Assembly (NCBI GenBank): GCA_003218135.1
Contig: QHNQ01000023.1
Location: 341 to 64,340, forward strand
Direction: 5' to 3'
DNA length: 64,000 bases
DNA from: Verrucomicrobiota bacterium
GTDB lineage: Bacteria > Verrucomicrobiota > Verrucomicrobiia > Chthoniobacterales > UBA10450
The translations under genes were made by a program, and so were the position numbers. A model generated the notes under the pieces. The model ran no database searches. It was given only the letters and a program-made list of their open reading frames with translations, and was not told the origin of the DNA. Within the stretch, counting starts at the first letter, position 1. Each line of letters starts with the position of its first letter. This document shows, piece after piece, positions 34,484 to 44,263 of the stretch.

Positions 34484-35395
34484 TTAGAGAAGTTCGGTCT
34501 GCGTGTGAGCGACAGTCCGCTCAGCTTCCTCGCGCACTTCTTGTAGCAGGGACTTGAACTCGCACTTTTCCAGCGCCGCGATCAAAGCAGCGTATTCGGG
34601 CTTGATTTGAAGCTCATCGATTGGGACGGGCAATTCCATCCGGCAGTCGAGCTCGACCATTTTTCTGTTCTGCAAGATTTGCTCGCGAGCGTTGGCCAGC
34701 TTCTCCCGGGTTCGCACGCTTTTTACCTTGTCGAGATTATGCAACAGAGGTTCCAACCCGCCGAATTCGTGAATCAATGCAGCAGCGGTTTTGCGACCCA
34801 GGCCGATGCCTGGAATGTTATCGACCGAGTCGCCGGTCAAGGCGAGCACATCGCCGATAAGGGCAGGTGCAACGTTCCATTTTGCAGTGACCTGATCTTC
34901 GCTCAGCAACGCGAATGCGTCCTTGGGCGAGGCGAGATCTGCTTTCGCTGTGGTATAGACTTTGACGAAAGGCCCGACGAGCTGATAGAGGTCCTTGTCG
35001 TTGGTTGCGAGCACGACTTCCATTCCGGCCCGCTTGCACGCGGCGATGGTATAACAGCCCATCAGGTCATCAGCCTCGGTGTCGGGAAGGGAAATGTTTC
35101 GAAAACCCAGCAGAGGTGTGAGTTTCTGGATAAACTCCAGCTGCGGGATCATGGGCTTGGGCATCTCTTTGCGCGTCTCCTTGTACGCTGGCTGCAGCTC
35201 CACCCGTTTCTGCGGCACGCCTTCGTCCCAAACCACTGCGCCTAACTCCGGTTGCAAATGTTTCACCATTAGCCGCAACGTTTTCGTGAAGCCAAAAATC
35301 GCGTTCGTCGGTTCGCCGCGCGAATTGGATAGATTCGGGATAGCGAAAAACGACCGGTAAACATAGTAATGACCGTCAATGAGCAGCAATTTCAT
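34484..35395 (-). CDS. standalone 5'-3' exonuclease (Pol I N-terminal domain / FEN-like)
   Basis: Contains MKLLLIDGHYYVYRSFFA, EPTNAIFGF, AYKETRK, EADDLMG, ATNDKDLYQL and LTGDSVDNIPGI. At 304 aa it has no polymerase domain. Confidence 0.85.
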   Translation of the reverse strand: MKLLLIDGHYYVYRSFFAIPNLSNSRGEPTNAIFGFTKTLRLMVKHLQPELGAVVWDEGVPQKRVELQPAYKETRKEMPKPMIPQLEFIQKLTPLLGFRNISLPDTEADDLMGCYTIAACKRAGMEVVLATNDKDLYQLVGPFVKVYTTAKADLASPKDAFALLSEDQVTAKWNVAPALIGDVLALTGDSVDNIPGIGLGRKTAAALIHEFGGLEPLLHNLDKVKSVRTREKLANAREQILQNRKMVELDCRMELPVPIDELQIKPEYAALIAALEKCEFKSLLQEVREEAERTVAHTQTELL

Positions 35396-35445
35396 TGGAA
35401 AGGCTCGTGCTGGATTCTGAATGCATGATGCCGGATGATCAAGGT

Positions 35446-36597
35446 ATGTCCGAAGAATGGATCGTGCGTGTCCATGGAAAGGAATATGGACCGGCCAACC
35501 TCGATACTCTCTGTGAGTGGAAAGCAGAGGGGCGATTGCTCCCGGCAAATGATGCGCGGCGAGCTAATGTCGATTTTTGGATAACAGCCGGTGAAATTCC
35601 GGGATTGTTCAGTGTGACGCCAAGTGTAGAAGCCGTCACACAACTGACAGAACCTCCCGTACAAGTCTCGCGTCGCAGTTTCAATCAGATTTTAGCCGAG
35701 ACCTTTCAGATTTATCGAAAAGGGTTTTTCCAATTCCTTGGTCTCGTGCTGCTAGTGCTGCTGCCGTCCATATGCAGTCAGTTGATAACTGCCTTCGTGC
35801 AGCCTCCACAGGGCTCCAACGTTGACGTCCGCTCAGTTCTGGCCGCAGGCTTCGCCTTTCTTACCTTTATCCTCTCGATTGTGTTGTGGCCTGTTTACAT
35901 CGGGGGAATCCAAATTCTTACGGCTGAAATTGCGCGCGGACAGCGGCCCGGTCTGATTGTGGTCCTCAATCAAGCAGTCAGGTTTTGGCCGCGCATCGCC
36001 GCGCTGTGCATCTTCGTCTACACCGTGTTTTTCCTGCTGATAGTATTTGGGTTTGTAATTGGGGCCATCGCTCTTGCCGGTGCGGCTTCGTTGTTGTTGG
36101 CCATTTTCGCGCTGGCTTTGCTCATCCTGCAGGTTTGGATGTTCGGTCGTTTTTTCGTCAACGTTCTGTTTTGGCAGCAGTTCGCCGTCCTTGAAAATGC
36201 GGGATTCATCGACGCATTACGCGATAGCAGAAATCTCGCGCGCAGTGGCCGCGATCTCCCCTGGTTTCAACGGCCTTTGTGGCGCGGAGCCTTGATTGCG
36301 TCGCTCTGGTTTGCCTTTGTGCTGGCGGTCAGGCTGGGTCCCGAGTGGACGACGCTGCAGAACTATATTGTTAAATTCGTAACGACGCAGGATCCGCAGA
36401 CGCTTCTGCAACAGCTGACTGAAGCCCAGCAGGCTCGTGGGTTTGATCTTCTTGCTTTTACGCTGGGCATTCTGGAAAAAGTTCTCCAGCCGTTACTCGG
36501 AATCGCATTCGTTGTGCTTTATCTCGACAGCACGACTCAGCTGCCTTCACATGTGAAACCAGTTATAGGCGCTGCTGAACGCGACACGGTTCGCTAG
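35446..36597 (+). CDS. GYF_2 (DUF4339)-domain protein fused to a polytopic membrane domain
   Basis: N-terminal WIVRVHGKEYGPANLDTLCEWKAEGRLLPANDARRANVDFWITAGEIPGLF, then about 6 TM helices. The start is uncertain (35425 or 35446). Confidence 0.6.
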   Translation: MSEEWIVRVHGKEYGPANLDTLCEWKAEGRLLPANDARRANVDFWITAGEIPGLFSVTPSVEAVTQLTEPPVQVSRRSFNQILAETFQIYRKGFFQFLGLVLLVLLPSICSQLITAFVQPPQGSNVDVRSVLAAGFAFLTFILSIVLWPVYIGGIQILTAEIARGQRPGLIVVLNQAVRFWPRIAALCIFVYTVFFLLIVFGFVIGAIALAGAASLLLAIFALALLILQVWMFGRFFVNVLFWQQFAVLENAGFIDALRDSRNLARSGRDLPWFQRPLWRGALIASLWFAFVLAVRLGPEWTTLQNYIVKFVTTQDPQTLLQQLTEAQQARGFDLLAFTLGILEKVLQPLLGIAFVVLYLDSTTQLPSHVKPVIGAAERDTVR

Positions 36598-38052
36598 GAA
36601 CTCTGAAGTGGTGATGGCAACGGTGACTGCGACAATGGTCGCAAGCACAAGTGCCGGCGTCGCGCGGAGCAGGCGATTCAAGCCATAAATGTAGAGCGTC
36701 GCAAACGGGATCATTGCGCCCGCCATTAAACGGCCTTGAAAGAAATAAGGGCGTTCGCGAGAAGGATTGATGCAGGCGCCGAAATCGAACTGAAGCGAGA
36801 GAAAAGCGAGAAAAAGCGCAGTCGTGACAAAGCAGGCAGCAGCTATCCATAGCGCGCGACGCTGGGTTTCGCTGAGATTCTTAGCTCCTTTTCGAAGCAG
36901 CGAAGTGATCGCTATAAGAACAAAACCAACCGATGACAAGACGTAGAACAGATCCATCCCTGCGAAGCCGATCGTGCGGGCATGCCACATGAATTCGCCG
37001 CGCCAGAAGCTGGCAATTAATTCGGAAAGAAAAATCCAGCTCCCTCGGGCACTAAAAATTGGATGGGACCACCAGTCCGAGAACGGCTTCGCTGTCCACC
37101 CAAGCAACCGCGCTTTTGAGGCGGCGCCGGTGAAATCACCGAAATGGAATTTCATCCATAGCATCCACGCGATGCTTGGAATTGCCGCACAAGCGACCAA
37201 CGCACAAAGCGCAGGGATGGCGCTGCGGAGCTTTCCGCGCCGAGCTTGTTCGAGATACCACCATGCAAGTACGCCGATCGCGACGAGAATCAGCGGCAAG
37301 TTACTCAGTTTTGTCAGATAAGCGGCGGCGATGCACAACCCAGTCGCGATCCCGAGCCCAATACTTGGTGCGTTGCAGCGAAGCCATCGAAGCAAACAGA
37401 TGAACGTCAGTCCGAAGCAAATTGGCGAGAGTGCATCGTTATCTATTCCGTAGAAGGCATCCTGAGGAATCGAGGCGATCAAAAGCGGAATGCCGAGTCG
37501 CAGTGCGACTTGATCGGGAAAAATCATTCGCGCTGCCACATACGCCAGCCAAACCAGCGTGGCCATGAACACGATGTTGAGAGATCGAACCCAATAGAGC
37601 GCGCTACCGCCTTTGACGCCGATCCACTGACCGACGTGGAACCAAGCGGCAGCCACAACGTAATAAAGCGGTGGCTGCGAGGATTCCTGGTTAGGCGTGC
37701 GGCCCCAGATCTCTTCGATTTTTGCAATTGTCGGTGCGACTTCTTCGGCAGAATGCTTCCACATCGGTCCGAAGTAGCCGCCCTCGAAGTCTTCGGGAGC
37801 CGAGAGAAACTCGGGCGATGCATAATGCGAGAGGTAAGGAAGCGTTGCCGGCGAAATCAGTTCCGCGCTGCGCGGCACGTGCCCCTCGGCGTATTTGATC
37901 ACCAGGTCAAAATGCCGGCGTTCATCAACGTTATTGAAAAAGGGGAAAGCAGCGGAGAAAAATAGCACTCGGACCGCGGCAAAAAGGCAAAAGCCGATCA
38001 CCCACCAAAATTCATAAGAACTCGATAGACCTGTTGATGGACGACTTCTCAT
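36547..38052 (-). CDS. GT-C-like polytopic membrane glycosyltransferase candidate (ArnT/PMT-like)
   Basis: 501 aa with about 12 TM helices. The first periplasmic loop carries NVDERRHFD (DE motif), as in GT39/GT83 enzymes. Assigned from architecture only. Confidence 0.45.
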   Translation of the reverse strand: MRSRPSTGLSSSYEFWWVIGFCLFAAVRVLFFSAAFPFFNNVDERRHFDLVIKYAEGHVPRSAELISPATLPYLSHYASPEFLSAPEDFEGGYFGPMWKHSAEEVAPTIAKIEEIWGRTPNQESSQPPLYYVVAAAWFHVGQWIGVKGGSALYWVRSLNIVFMATLVWLAYVAARMIFPDQVALRLGIPLLIASIPQDAFYGIDNDALSPICFGLTFICLLRWLRCNAPSIGLGIATGLCIAAAYLTKLSNLPLILVAIGVLAWWYLEQARRGKLRSAIPALCALVACAAIPSIAWMLWMKFHFGDFTGAASKARLLGWTAKPFSDWWSHPIFSARGSWIFLSELIASFWRGEFMWHARTIGFAGMDLFYVLSSVGFVLIAITSLLRKGAKNLSETQRRALWIAAACFVTTALFLAFLSLQFDFGACINPSRERPYFFQGRLMAGAMIPFATLYIYGLNRLLRATPALVLATIVAVTVAITTSEFLANRVAFSSAYNWFHM

Positions 38053-38115
38053 TATCGTGAAAATGTCTCGGCGCGCGGCAGAATTGAACCCTCAGCTCCG
38101 AGTGCGTCGGCTCAG

Positions 38116-38820
38116 TTAATCGGGCGTCCCATTGGCACGACTTTTTGCCCGCCATTCCGCGCGCGCCGGCGCGATCAAGGGCGCCAGCTTGGCATAGAAG
38201 ATCACGACGTATGACAAATATCCTGCGAAAGCCATCAGTTGCAGCGCGACGAGCCAGACATGTCCATTTCGCGCTAGAAAAAACTCGGGCCGCAAATGAA
38301 TTGCGACCGCGCACGCAACGTTCACGAGAAAGAAAGCAGGCAACAATAAACCGAGATTGAGCCACTGATCGCGCGTCACGAGCCCATACAAGCAGTTGCT
38401 AGCATCTCCGGTATGATCCCGCACTCGCATGCGAATGAGGCGCAGATCATACGCGAACAGCAACCAACCGACGGCGAGAAATGCTGCTACGAACGCAAAC
38501 CAGCGCCCAGGCTTGCCAAGTTGTGCAAATGAAAACGCCTCCACGAGCGCACAAGCAATATAGAGAAAATTGTGTCCGAACTCTAAAGGCCAGCGTATGA
38601 CGGTAAGAATGTGCAACACAACTCGCGACCAGAAGACCAGGATGATAATCAGACCCGAGAGCACGTAAGGCCACATCATCCAGTCCAATCTGGCGATCAC
38701 CTCACGCGAAGTTTCGATCAATACTGTGAGCGCGACACCTTGAATGATGCTCACGAGTGTGAGCTCGATATCGGCGGTAATCGCATCGAGTTCCGAGCGG
38801 CTTTCGCTTAGCGAGGTCAC
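38116..38820 (-). CDS. hypothetical 6-7 TM membrane protein
   Basis: 234-aa hydrophobic ORF downstream of the GT-C-like gene on the same strand. Confidence 0.5.
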   Translation of the reverse strand: MTSLSESRSELDAITADIELTLVSIIQGVALTVLIETSREVIARLDWMMWPYVLSGLIIILVFWSRVVLHILTVIRWPLEFGHNFLYIACALVEAFSFAQLGKPGRWFAFVAAFLAVGWLLFAYDLRLIRMRVRDHTGDASNCLYGLVTRDQWLNLGLLLPAFFLVNVACAVAIHLRPEFFLARNGHVWLVALQLMAFAGYLSYVVIFYAKLAPLIAPARAEWRAKSRANGTPD

Positions 38821-39016
38821 AATGCGACTCGTAAGCGTTTCACAATAAAATTGTCAAGCCCTTGGCAGTGTAAGCCGGCAGGCGCAGTGAAACTTTGTCT
38901 CGACCGGCGCGAAGATCGAGCAGGGCCTTGTGACGTTGACTCTGCCCAAAGCCGAGCACGTCAAGCCGCGCAACATCACCGTTTCGTAACGATCGGTTCA
39001 CTCGAAATTGCAGGCC

Positions 39017-39034
39017 GCGAACGTTAACATTCGC
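39017..39034. promoter_or_regulatory. near-palindrome upstream of recA (candidate SOS/LexA-type operator)
   Basis: GCGAACGTTAACATTCGC has 16 of 18 symmetric positions and lies 63-80 nt upstream of the recA ATG. It has a GAAC..(A/G)TTC flavour. Confidence 0.25.
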
Positions 39035-39096
39035 TGCCTACTTGCTTTTCTGCTTGGCGAATCGTCGCCTGCGTCGTACTTAGAGTGCTTCCGGAT

Positions 39097-40134
39097 ATGG
39101 CGACAAAGACCGAAGAGAAAACAGCCGCTGATAAACTAACGGCGGCACGAAATAAGAACCTCGATCTGGCGATTCAACAGATAGCCAAAGATTACGGTGA
39201 AGGCGCGATCATGCGTTTGGGCGGGGAAAGGATCGTTGATATCGATGTCATTCCGACTGGAAACATTTTGATCGACCGCGCCCTCGGAGTCGGTGGATTT
39301 CCGCGCGGACGAGTAGTCGAAGTTTTCGGCCCTGAATCCTCCGGCAAAACAACGCTTGCGCTTACAGTCATTGCTCAGGCGCAAAAGCGCGACGGCCTCG
39401 CTGCGTTTATCGATGTCGAGCACGCGCTGGATCCTGGCTACGCAAAAAGACTGGGCGTCAACCTTGACGATTTACTCGTCTCGCAGCCTAGCTCCGGTGA
39501 GGAAGCTCTGCGGATATGCGAGACGCTAGTGCGCTCCAACGCGCTGGACGTGATTGTCTTGGATTCCGTGGCGGCGCTTGTTACCAGGGCGGAGCTCGAA
39601 GGCGAGATCGGGGATACGACCGTTGGCGCCCAGGCACGCTTGATGAGCGCGGCATTGCGCAAGCTCACGTCGCTGATTTCAAAAGCACGGACCTGCTGCA
39701 TCTTCACAAATCAAATCCGCGAAAAAATCGGCGTGATGTTTGGAAACCCGGAGACCACTCCTGGCGGAAGAGCTTTAAAGTTTTACGCCAGTATGCGGGT
39801 CGATATCCGCCGAATCGGGGCAATTAAGCAGACCGACGGCGTCGTCACGGGTAATCGCACGCGCGTCAAAGTGGTGAAGAACAAGGTAGCGCCGCCATTC
39901 ACCGAGGCCGAATTCGACATCATGTATAACGAGGGAATTTCGTCAGTCGGCGCTCTTCTCGACGTCGCGTTAGAACAACAGGTCATCGAAAAACGGGGTT
40001 CCTGGCTGAATTACAAAGGGACGCAGCTTGCCCAGGGCCGGGACGCTGCGAAGGAAGCTTTGAAGAACGACAAGGCGCTTTACGACGAAATCGAGACGCT
40101 CGTCAAAGTGAAGCTGGACGAAGACAAAAGCTAA
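39097..40134 (+). CDS. recA: recombinase RecA
   Basis: Contains [12 protein letters not shown] (Walker A), [19 protein letters not shown] and [23 protein letters not shown]. Confidence 0.95.
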   Translation: MATKTEEKTAADKLTAARNKNLDLAIQQIAKDYGEGAIMRLGGERIVDIDVIPTGNILIDRALGVGGFPRGRVVEVFGPESSGKTTLALTVIAQAQKRDGLAAFIDVEHALDPGYAKRLGVNLDDLLVSQPSSGEEALRICETLVRSNALDVIVLDSVAALVTRAELEGEIGDTTVGAQARLMSAALRKLTSLISKARTCCIFTNQIREKIGVMFGNPETTPGGRALKFYASMRVDIRRIGAIKQTDGVVTGNRTRVKVVKNKVAPPFTEAEFDIMYNEGISSVGALLDVALEQQVIEKRGSWLNYKGTQLAQGRDAAKEALKNDKALYDEIETLVKVKLDEDKS

Positions 40135-40269
40135 TGTCGTAGCACAGCCATCATGGCTGTATGGCCGGCGGGCATCTTGCCTGCCGAATTTTACCTCGCA
40201 GTTAAAGCAATGCATCGCCTTGAGTGGCGGTTTCAGGTTTCCTGAATTCGTGTTTATTCGTGGTTACCC

Positions 40270-42885
40270 ATGACGTCGGCTGAGATACGGCAATCATTTC
40301 TCGATTTTTTCCGCGAGAAAAAGCACACCATCGTGCCGTCGTCGTCGCTTCTGCCCGACGCACCGAATCTGTTGTTTACGAATGCCGGCATGAACCAGTT
40401 CGTGCCGATTTTCCTTGGGCAGGCGAAACCTTCGTGGAATCCCCCGCGCGTGGCCGACACGCAGAAATGCATTCGCGCCGGTGGCAAACACAACGATCTC
40501 GAAGACGTCGGGCTCGACACCTATCACCACACGTTTTTCGAGATGCTCGGCAACTGGAGCTTTGGTGATTATTTCAAGAAGGAAGCGATCGAATGGGCGT
40601 GGGAACTACTCGTTGAACGCTGGAAATTTCCGGCACAACGGCTTTACGCGACTGTTTATGAGCCCGGCGCCGGAGAACCGAGCGAGTTCGACCAGGAAGC
40701 CTACGAGCACTGGGCCCGTTTATTTCGCGAAGCCGATCTCGATCCGAAGGTTCACATTCTCAGCAGCGGGAAAGCCGACAATTTCTGGATGATGGGCGAC
40801 ACCGGCCCGTGCGGGCCGTGCTCGGAAGTGCATGTCGATCTCACGCCAGACGGCGATACGCGTGGCGCGCTGGTGAATAAAGGAGACCCGCGCTGCATCG
40901 AGATTTGGAACCTGGTGTTCATCCAGTTCAATGCGAATCCCGATGGCTCGTTCACGCCGCTACCCCAGCGCCACGTCGATACCGGCATGGGTTTCGAACG
41001 CGCTGTCGCCATTCTTCAGGGCACAAAAAATCTTAGCGATTTCTCAGGAACAATTTCCAATTACGAGACCGACGTTTTCCGCCCGATTTTCGATGAACTC
41101 GAAAAGCTCAGCGGCAAAAAATACGCCTCGACTCTCCCGAAACAGAAGAGCAGTGGTGAGGGCGAGCAGGAAACGATTGATATCGCATTTCGTGTAATCG
41201 CCGATCACATCCGCGCATTGAGTTTTGCAATCGCAGACGAAATCATTCCGTCCAACGAGGGCCGGGGTTACGTGTTACGCCGGATCTTGCGTCGAGCGAT
41301 CCGGTACGGCCGCACACTTGGCTTTCACGAACCATTCTTCTTCAAACTTGTGGATGTCGTTGCGACGACAATGGGCGCTGTCTTTCCCGAAGTCCGCGCG
41401 AGACAAAAGACAATTAAAGAAACAATTCGCCGCGAGGAAGAATCGTTTAACAAAACGCTCGATGAGGGAATTCACATGTTCGATGCAGCAATGGTGTTCA
41501 ATGCGGAGAAGGCAAAGGCGGGACTTCCGGTTGAGAAAAGCATCTCCGGACAGTTTGCATTCAAGCTCTACGACACTTATGGCTTTCCACTCGACCTCAC
41601 CGAACTAATGGCACGCGAGCGCGGGCTCACTGTCGACGTAGCGGGTTTTGAGAAACGGATGGACGAACAGCGCGAGCGCGCGCGCAAGGCCCAGAAGAAA
41701 GAGGCGATCAGCGTTGAAGAGGGAACGTTGAAGGCCGAGCCGACAAAGTTTCTCGGTTACGTTTTCGTTCATCGCGCAGTGCTTGTCCAAGGTCGGGCGC
41801 CGGAACCGGGCGAAGCGGTGCGCATTTCAGTGGATGCTGATCGGCGGAAGTTGATTCAGGGTCATCATACGGTGACCCATCTGTTGCACTGGGCGCTGCA
41901 CGAAATTGTCTCGCGTGATGCATCGCAAAAGGGGAGCTATGTCGGACCGGACAAACTGACGTTCGATTTCTCAAGCGCGCCGCTTATGCCGGACCAAAAG
42001 CGCGACGTCGAGAGATTGGTGAACGAGAAAATCGCTGAGGATGCGCCGGTTTCGTGGACTGAAATCCCGTTCTCCGAGGCGAAACAGCGAAAGGACATCG
42101 TTCAGTTTTCCGGCGAGAAATATGGCGATACTGTCCGCGTGCTACAGATCGGTGGCGCACCGCGCGCTCTCAATGGCTACTCGATGGAACTTTGCGGCGG
42201 CACGCACGTGAGAGCGACAGGCGAGATCGGTCCATTTCGGATTGTGAAAGAAGAGGCCATCGCCGCTGGGACGCGGCGGATCGAAGCGGTTGCCGGTGAT
42301 GCAGCACGCGCGTGGGCGAAGGAGGAAGCGGCTCGGCAGCAAGAAAAATTTGAAACTCTGGCGCGCAAGAAACCTGACATTCCGGTGTTGCCTTCTTTTG
42401 AAACCGAAACCGAAACCGCCGAAATACTGAGACAGATCGATGGGCGCGCGGCCCATCTCGAAAAAGTAGATGCCGATGTTCGCGAATGGGAAAAGACGAC
42501 GACCAAAGCTGCGGAGGCAGAACTGAGGAGCCGGGCTGCTCAAATCGCGACTCAGCTGCTGGCGTCGCACGAAGGCAAAGATTTCTGCGTTGCCGAAGTG
42601 CAAAATGCCGATGCGAAATTGCTCCAGGCAGTCGCGGACGCACTTAAGCCAAAATTCAGCGGCCCGATTTTTCTTGCGGGCGCAAAAGATGGAAATGTTT
42701 CATTGATTGCTGCCGTTCCGAAAGAACTCACCTCGAAATTTCAGGCGAACAAATTGATTGAGCAGATCGCACCAATTGTCGGCGGGAAGGGCGGCGGCCG
42801 TCCGGACAACGCCCGCGGTGCAGGCAAGGATGCTACGAAGATCGCTGAAGCCTTGGAACGCGCGCGCGCACTCATCGCGTCGTGA
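40270..42885 (+). CDS. alaS: alanine--tRNA ligase
   Basis: Contains FTNAGMNQF, HHTFFEMLGNWSFGDYFK, editing-site HTVTHLLHWAL and CGGTHV, and C-Ala GGKGGGRPD. Confidence 0.95.
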   Translation: MTSAEIRQSFLDFFREKKHTIVPSSSLLPDAPNLLFTNAGMNQFVPIFLGQAKPSWNPPRVADTQKCIRAGGKHNDLEDVGLDTYHHTFFEMLGNWSFGDYFKKEAIEWAWELLVERWKFPAQRLYATVYEPGAGEPSEFDQEAYEHWARLFREADLDPKVHILSSGKADNFWMMGDTGPCGPCSEVHVDLTPDGDTRGALVNKGDPRCIEIWNLVFIQFNANPDGSFTPLPQRHVDTGMGFERAVAILQGTKNLSDFSGTISNYETDVFRPIFDELEKLSGKKYASTLPKQKSSGEGEQETIDIAFRVIADHIRALSFAIADEIIPSNEGRGYVLRRILRRAIRYGRTLGFHEPFFFKLVDVVATTMGAVFPEVRARQKTIKETIRREEESFNKTLDEGIHMFDAAMVFNAEKAKAGLPVEKSISGQFAFKLYDTYGFPLDLTELMARERGLTVDVAGFEKRMDEQRERARKAQKKEAISVEEGTLKAEPTKFLGYVFVHRAVLVQGRAPEPGEAVRISVDADRRKLIQGHHTVTHLLHWALHEIVSRDASQKGSYVGPDKLTFDFSSAPLMPDQKRDVERLVNEKIAEDAPVSWTEIPFSEAKQRKDIVQFSGEKYGDTVRVLQIGGAPRALNGYSMELCGGTHVRATGEIGPFRIVKEEAIAAGTRRIEAVAGDAARAWAKEEAARQQEKFETLARKKPDIPVLPSFETETETAEILRQIDGRAAHLEKVDADVREWEKTTTKAAEAELRSRAAQIATQLLASHEGKDFCVAEVQNADAKLLQAVADALKPKFSGPIFLAGAKDGNVSLIAAVPKELTSKFQANKLIEQIAPIVGGKGGGRPDNARGAGKDATKIAEALERARALIAS

Positions 42886-43346
42886 AGCGTGTCGCTGCCA
42901 TCGTTTGCTTGAGTCTCTGCGTGAGCTGTAGCAAAAGATCGCCGCCCAAGATCGAAAGCCTGCAGTTCCCGGTCGTGATCCTGTTCGGGAACTCAGCCAC
43001 GCGGGTTTGTAAAGGCCCGGCGGATCTGACGATGATGCACACGAACTACGTGGTGCTGAGTGAAGGGACACCGGTGCTGATCGATTCGCAGTTCAAGATT
43101 TACGCAATGGAAGGGCTGCGCTCGACGCACAATGGGATGTGGTTGATGGCGCATCCCAGCGGTTTGACCGAAGTGATGTTCGAACTGAAAGCGCAGAGAT
43201 CAGGTCGGGAAGCGGCGCGCGAGTTGTTTATGCGCCAGTTGGAAAAGCAAACGTGGCTTAGTGATCTCGACGAACGCCGGCACTCGTTGGGGGCGAAGCA
43301 ATCGCTTCTGGAGATGGCGGCTGTCGTGCAGTCGCAGAGCGAATAA
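42882..43346 (+). CDS. hypothetical secreted/lipoprotein-like protein
   Basis: GTG start overlaps the alaS stop (GTGA). N-terminal MKRVAAIVCLSLCVSCSK. No family recognised. Confidence 0.5.
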   Translation: MKRVAAIVCLSLCVSCSKRSPPKIESLQFPVVILFGNSATRVCKGPADLTMMHTNYVVLSEGTPVLIDSQFKIYAMEGLRSTHNGMWLMAHPSGLTEVMFELKAQRSGREAARELFMRQLEKQTWLSDLDERRHSLGAKQSLLEMAAVVQSQSE

Positions 43347-43369
43347 TTGGCCCGGCAGCAGCAGCTTGA

Positions 43370-44263
43370 TTACGGTGCGCTGACAGACGGAAAGCGCGCG
43401 TTTTTGATCAGACGTTTCAAATTTTTGCCGTCGGTGGACATTCGATAAATTGAGTCGTTCTTTTCGCCGGCCGCGCGACTGAGAAAAAGAATATTGTCGT
43501 TGTCGAGCCAAACGCCATCCCAGCCGAAAAGTTTTTTCGGCGTGAGCCTGATCGCCTTTTGCGATTGGAGATCGAACGCCCAGAGCGCAGGCAGCGGGCC
43601 ATCCCAATCTTTGCGCCCGGATTCTTCGCCCATGTCGATGCTCAACAGCAATCGTTTCCCATCCGGCGAGACATCGATGCGGCCATCGCCGCTCACGTCA
43701 CCTTTCGGCACGATCTTGCCAATCTTCCATTGCGTGCGAACCGCGCCGTCGAGCCCGATCTGGTAAATGTTCGTCATGTCTTCGCAGAAAACCGATTGGC
43801 CGTCGCGCGCCCAAATCGGCGAGTAGCGGGTCACTTCGTTTTGCACTCCAGGCTTGAGCACGTGGAAATTCGTGCCGTCGGAATTGATAGTGACGAGGTC
43901 CCAGACTTCATGCGGCCGCGTGGTGAAAAGGATTTGTTTCCCGTCAGTTGTCCAGCTTGGGTAATAAGAGTTGTCGCTCGGAACATCTTTGAAAACGTCA
44001 ACTTTTCCCGTGGCAACGTCGACCACCGCGATGTGACGCACATAGGTTGTGTCGCTCGTTTTTTCGACGGTGTTAAACGCGACGCGAGTTCCATCAGGCG
44101 AGATGGCCGGGAAAATTCCGTCGGCGATCTTTTTCTCGCCGGTGCCGTCGAGGTTTGCGATCCAGACAGCCTGATCGCGTTCAAACGCGATGTGCCGATC
44201 GCCGCAAAACACTGAGGCCGCAGAGACGGCGAAGGTAAAAGCGAGAAGGATTATCTTTCTCAT
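43370..44263 (-). CDS. secreted PD40/WD40-like beta-propeller repeat protein (TolB-like)
   Basis: Signal peptide MRKIILLAFTFAVSAASVFC. Repeats include ISPDGTRVAF, PSWTTDGKQILF, SPIWARDGQSVF and VSPDGKRLLL. The ATG overlaps the stop of the upstream gene. Confidence 0.7.
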   Translation of the reverse strand: MRKIILLAFTFAVSAASVFCGDRHIAFERDQAVWIANLDGTGEKKIADGIFPAISPDGTRVAFNTVEKTSDTTYVRHIAVVDVATGKVDVFKDVPSDNSYYPSWTTDGKQILFTTRPHEVWDLVTINSDGTNFHVLKPGVQNEVTRYSPIWARDGQSVFCEDMTNIYQIGLDGAVRTQWKIGKIVPKGDVSGDGRIDVSPDGKRLLLSIDMGEESGRKDWDGPLPALWAFDLQSQKAIRLTPKKLFGWDGVWLDNDNILFLSRAAGEKNDSIYRMSTDGKNLKRLIKNARFPSVSAP

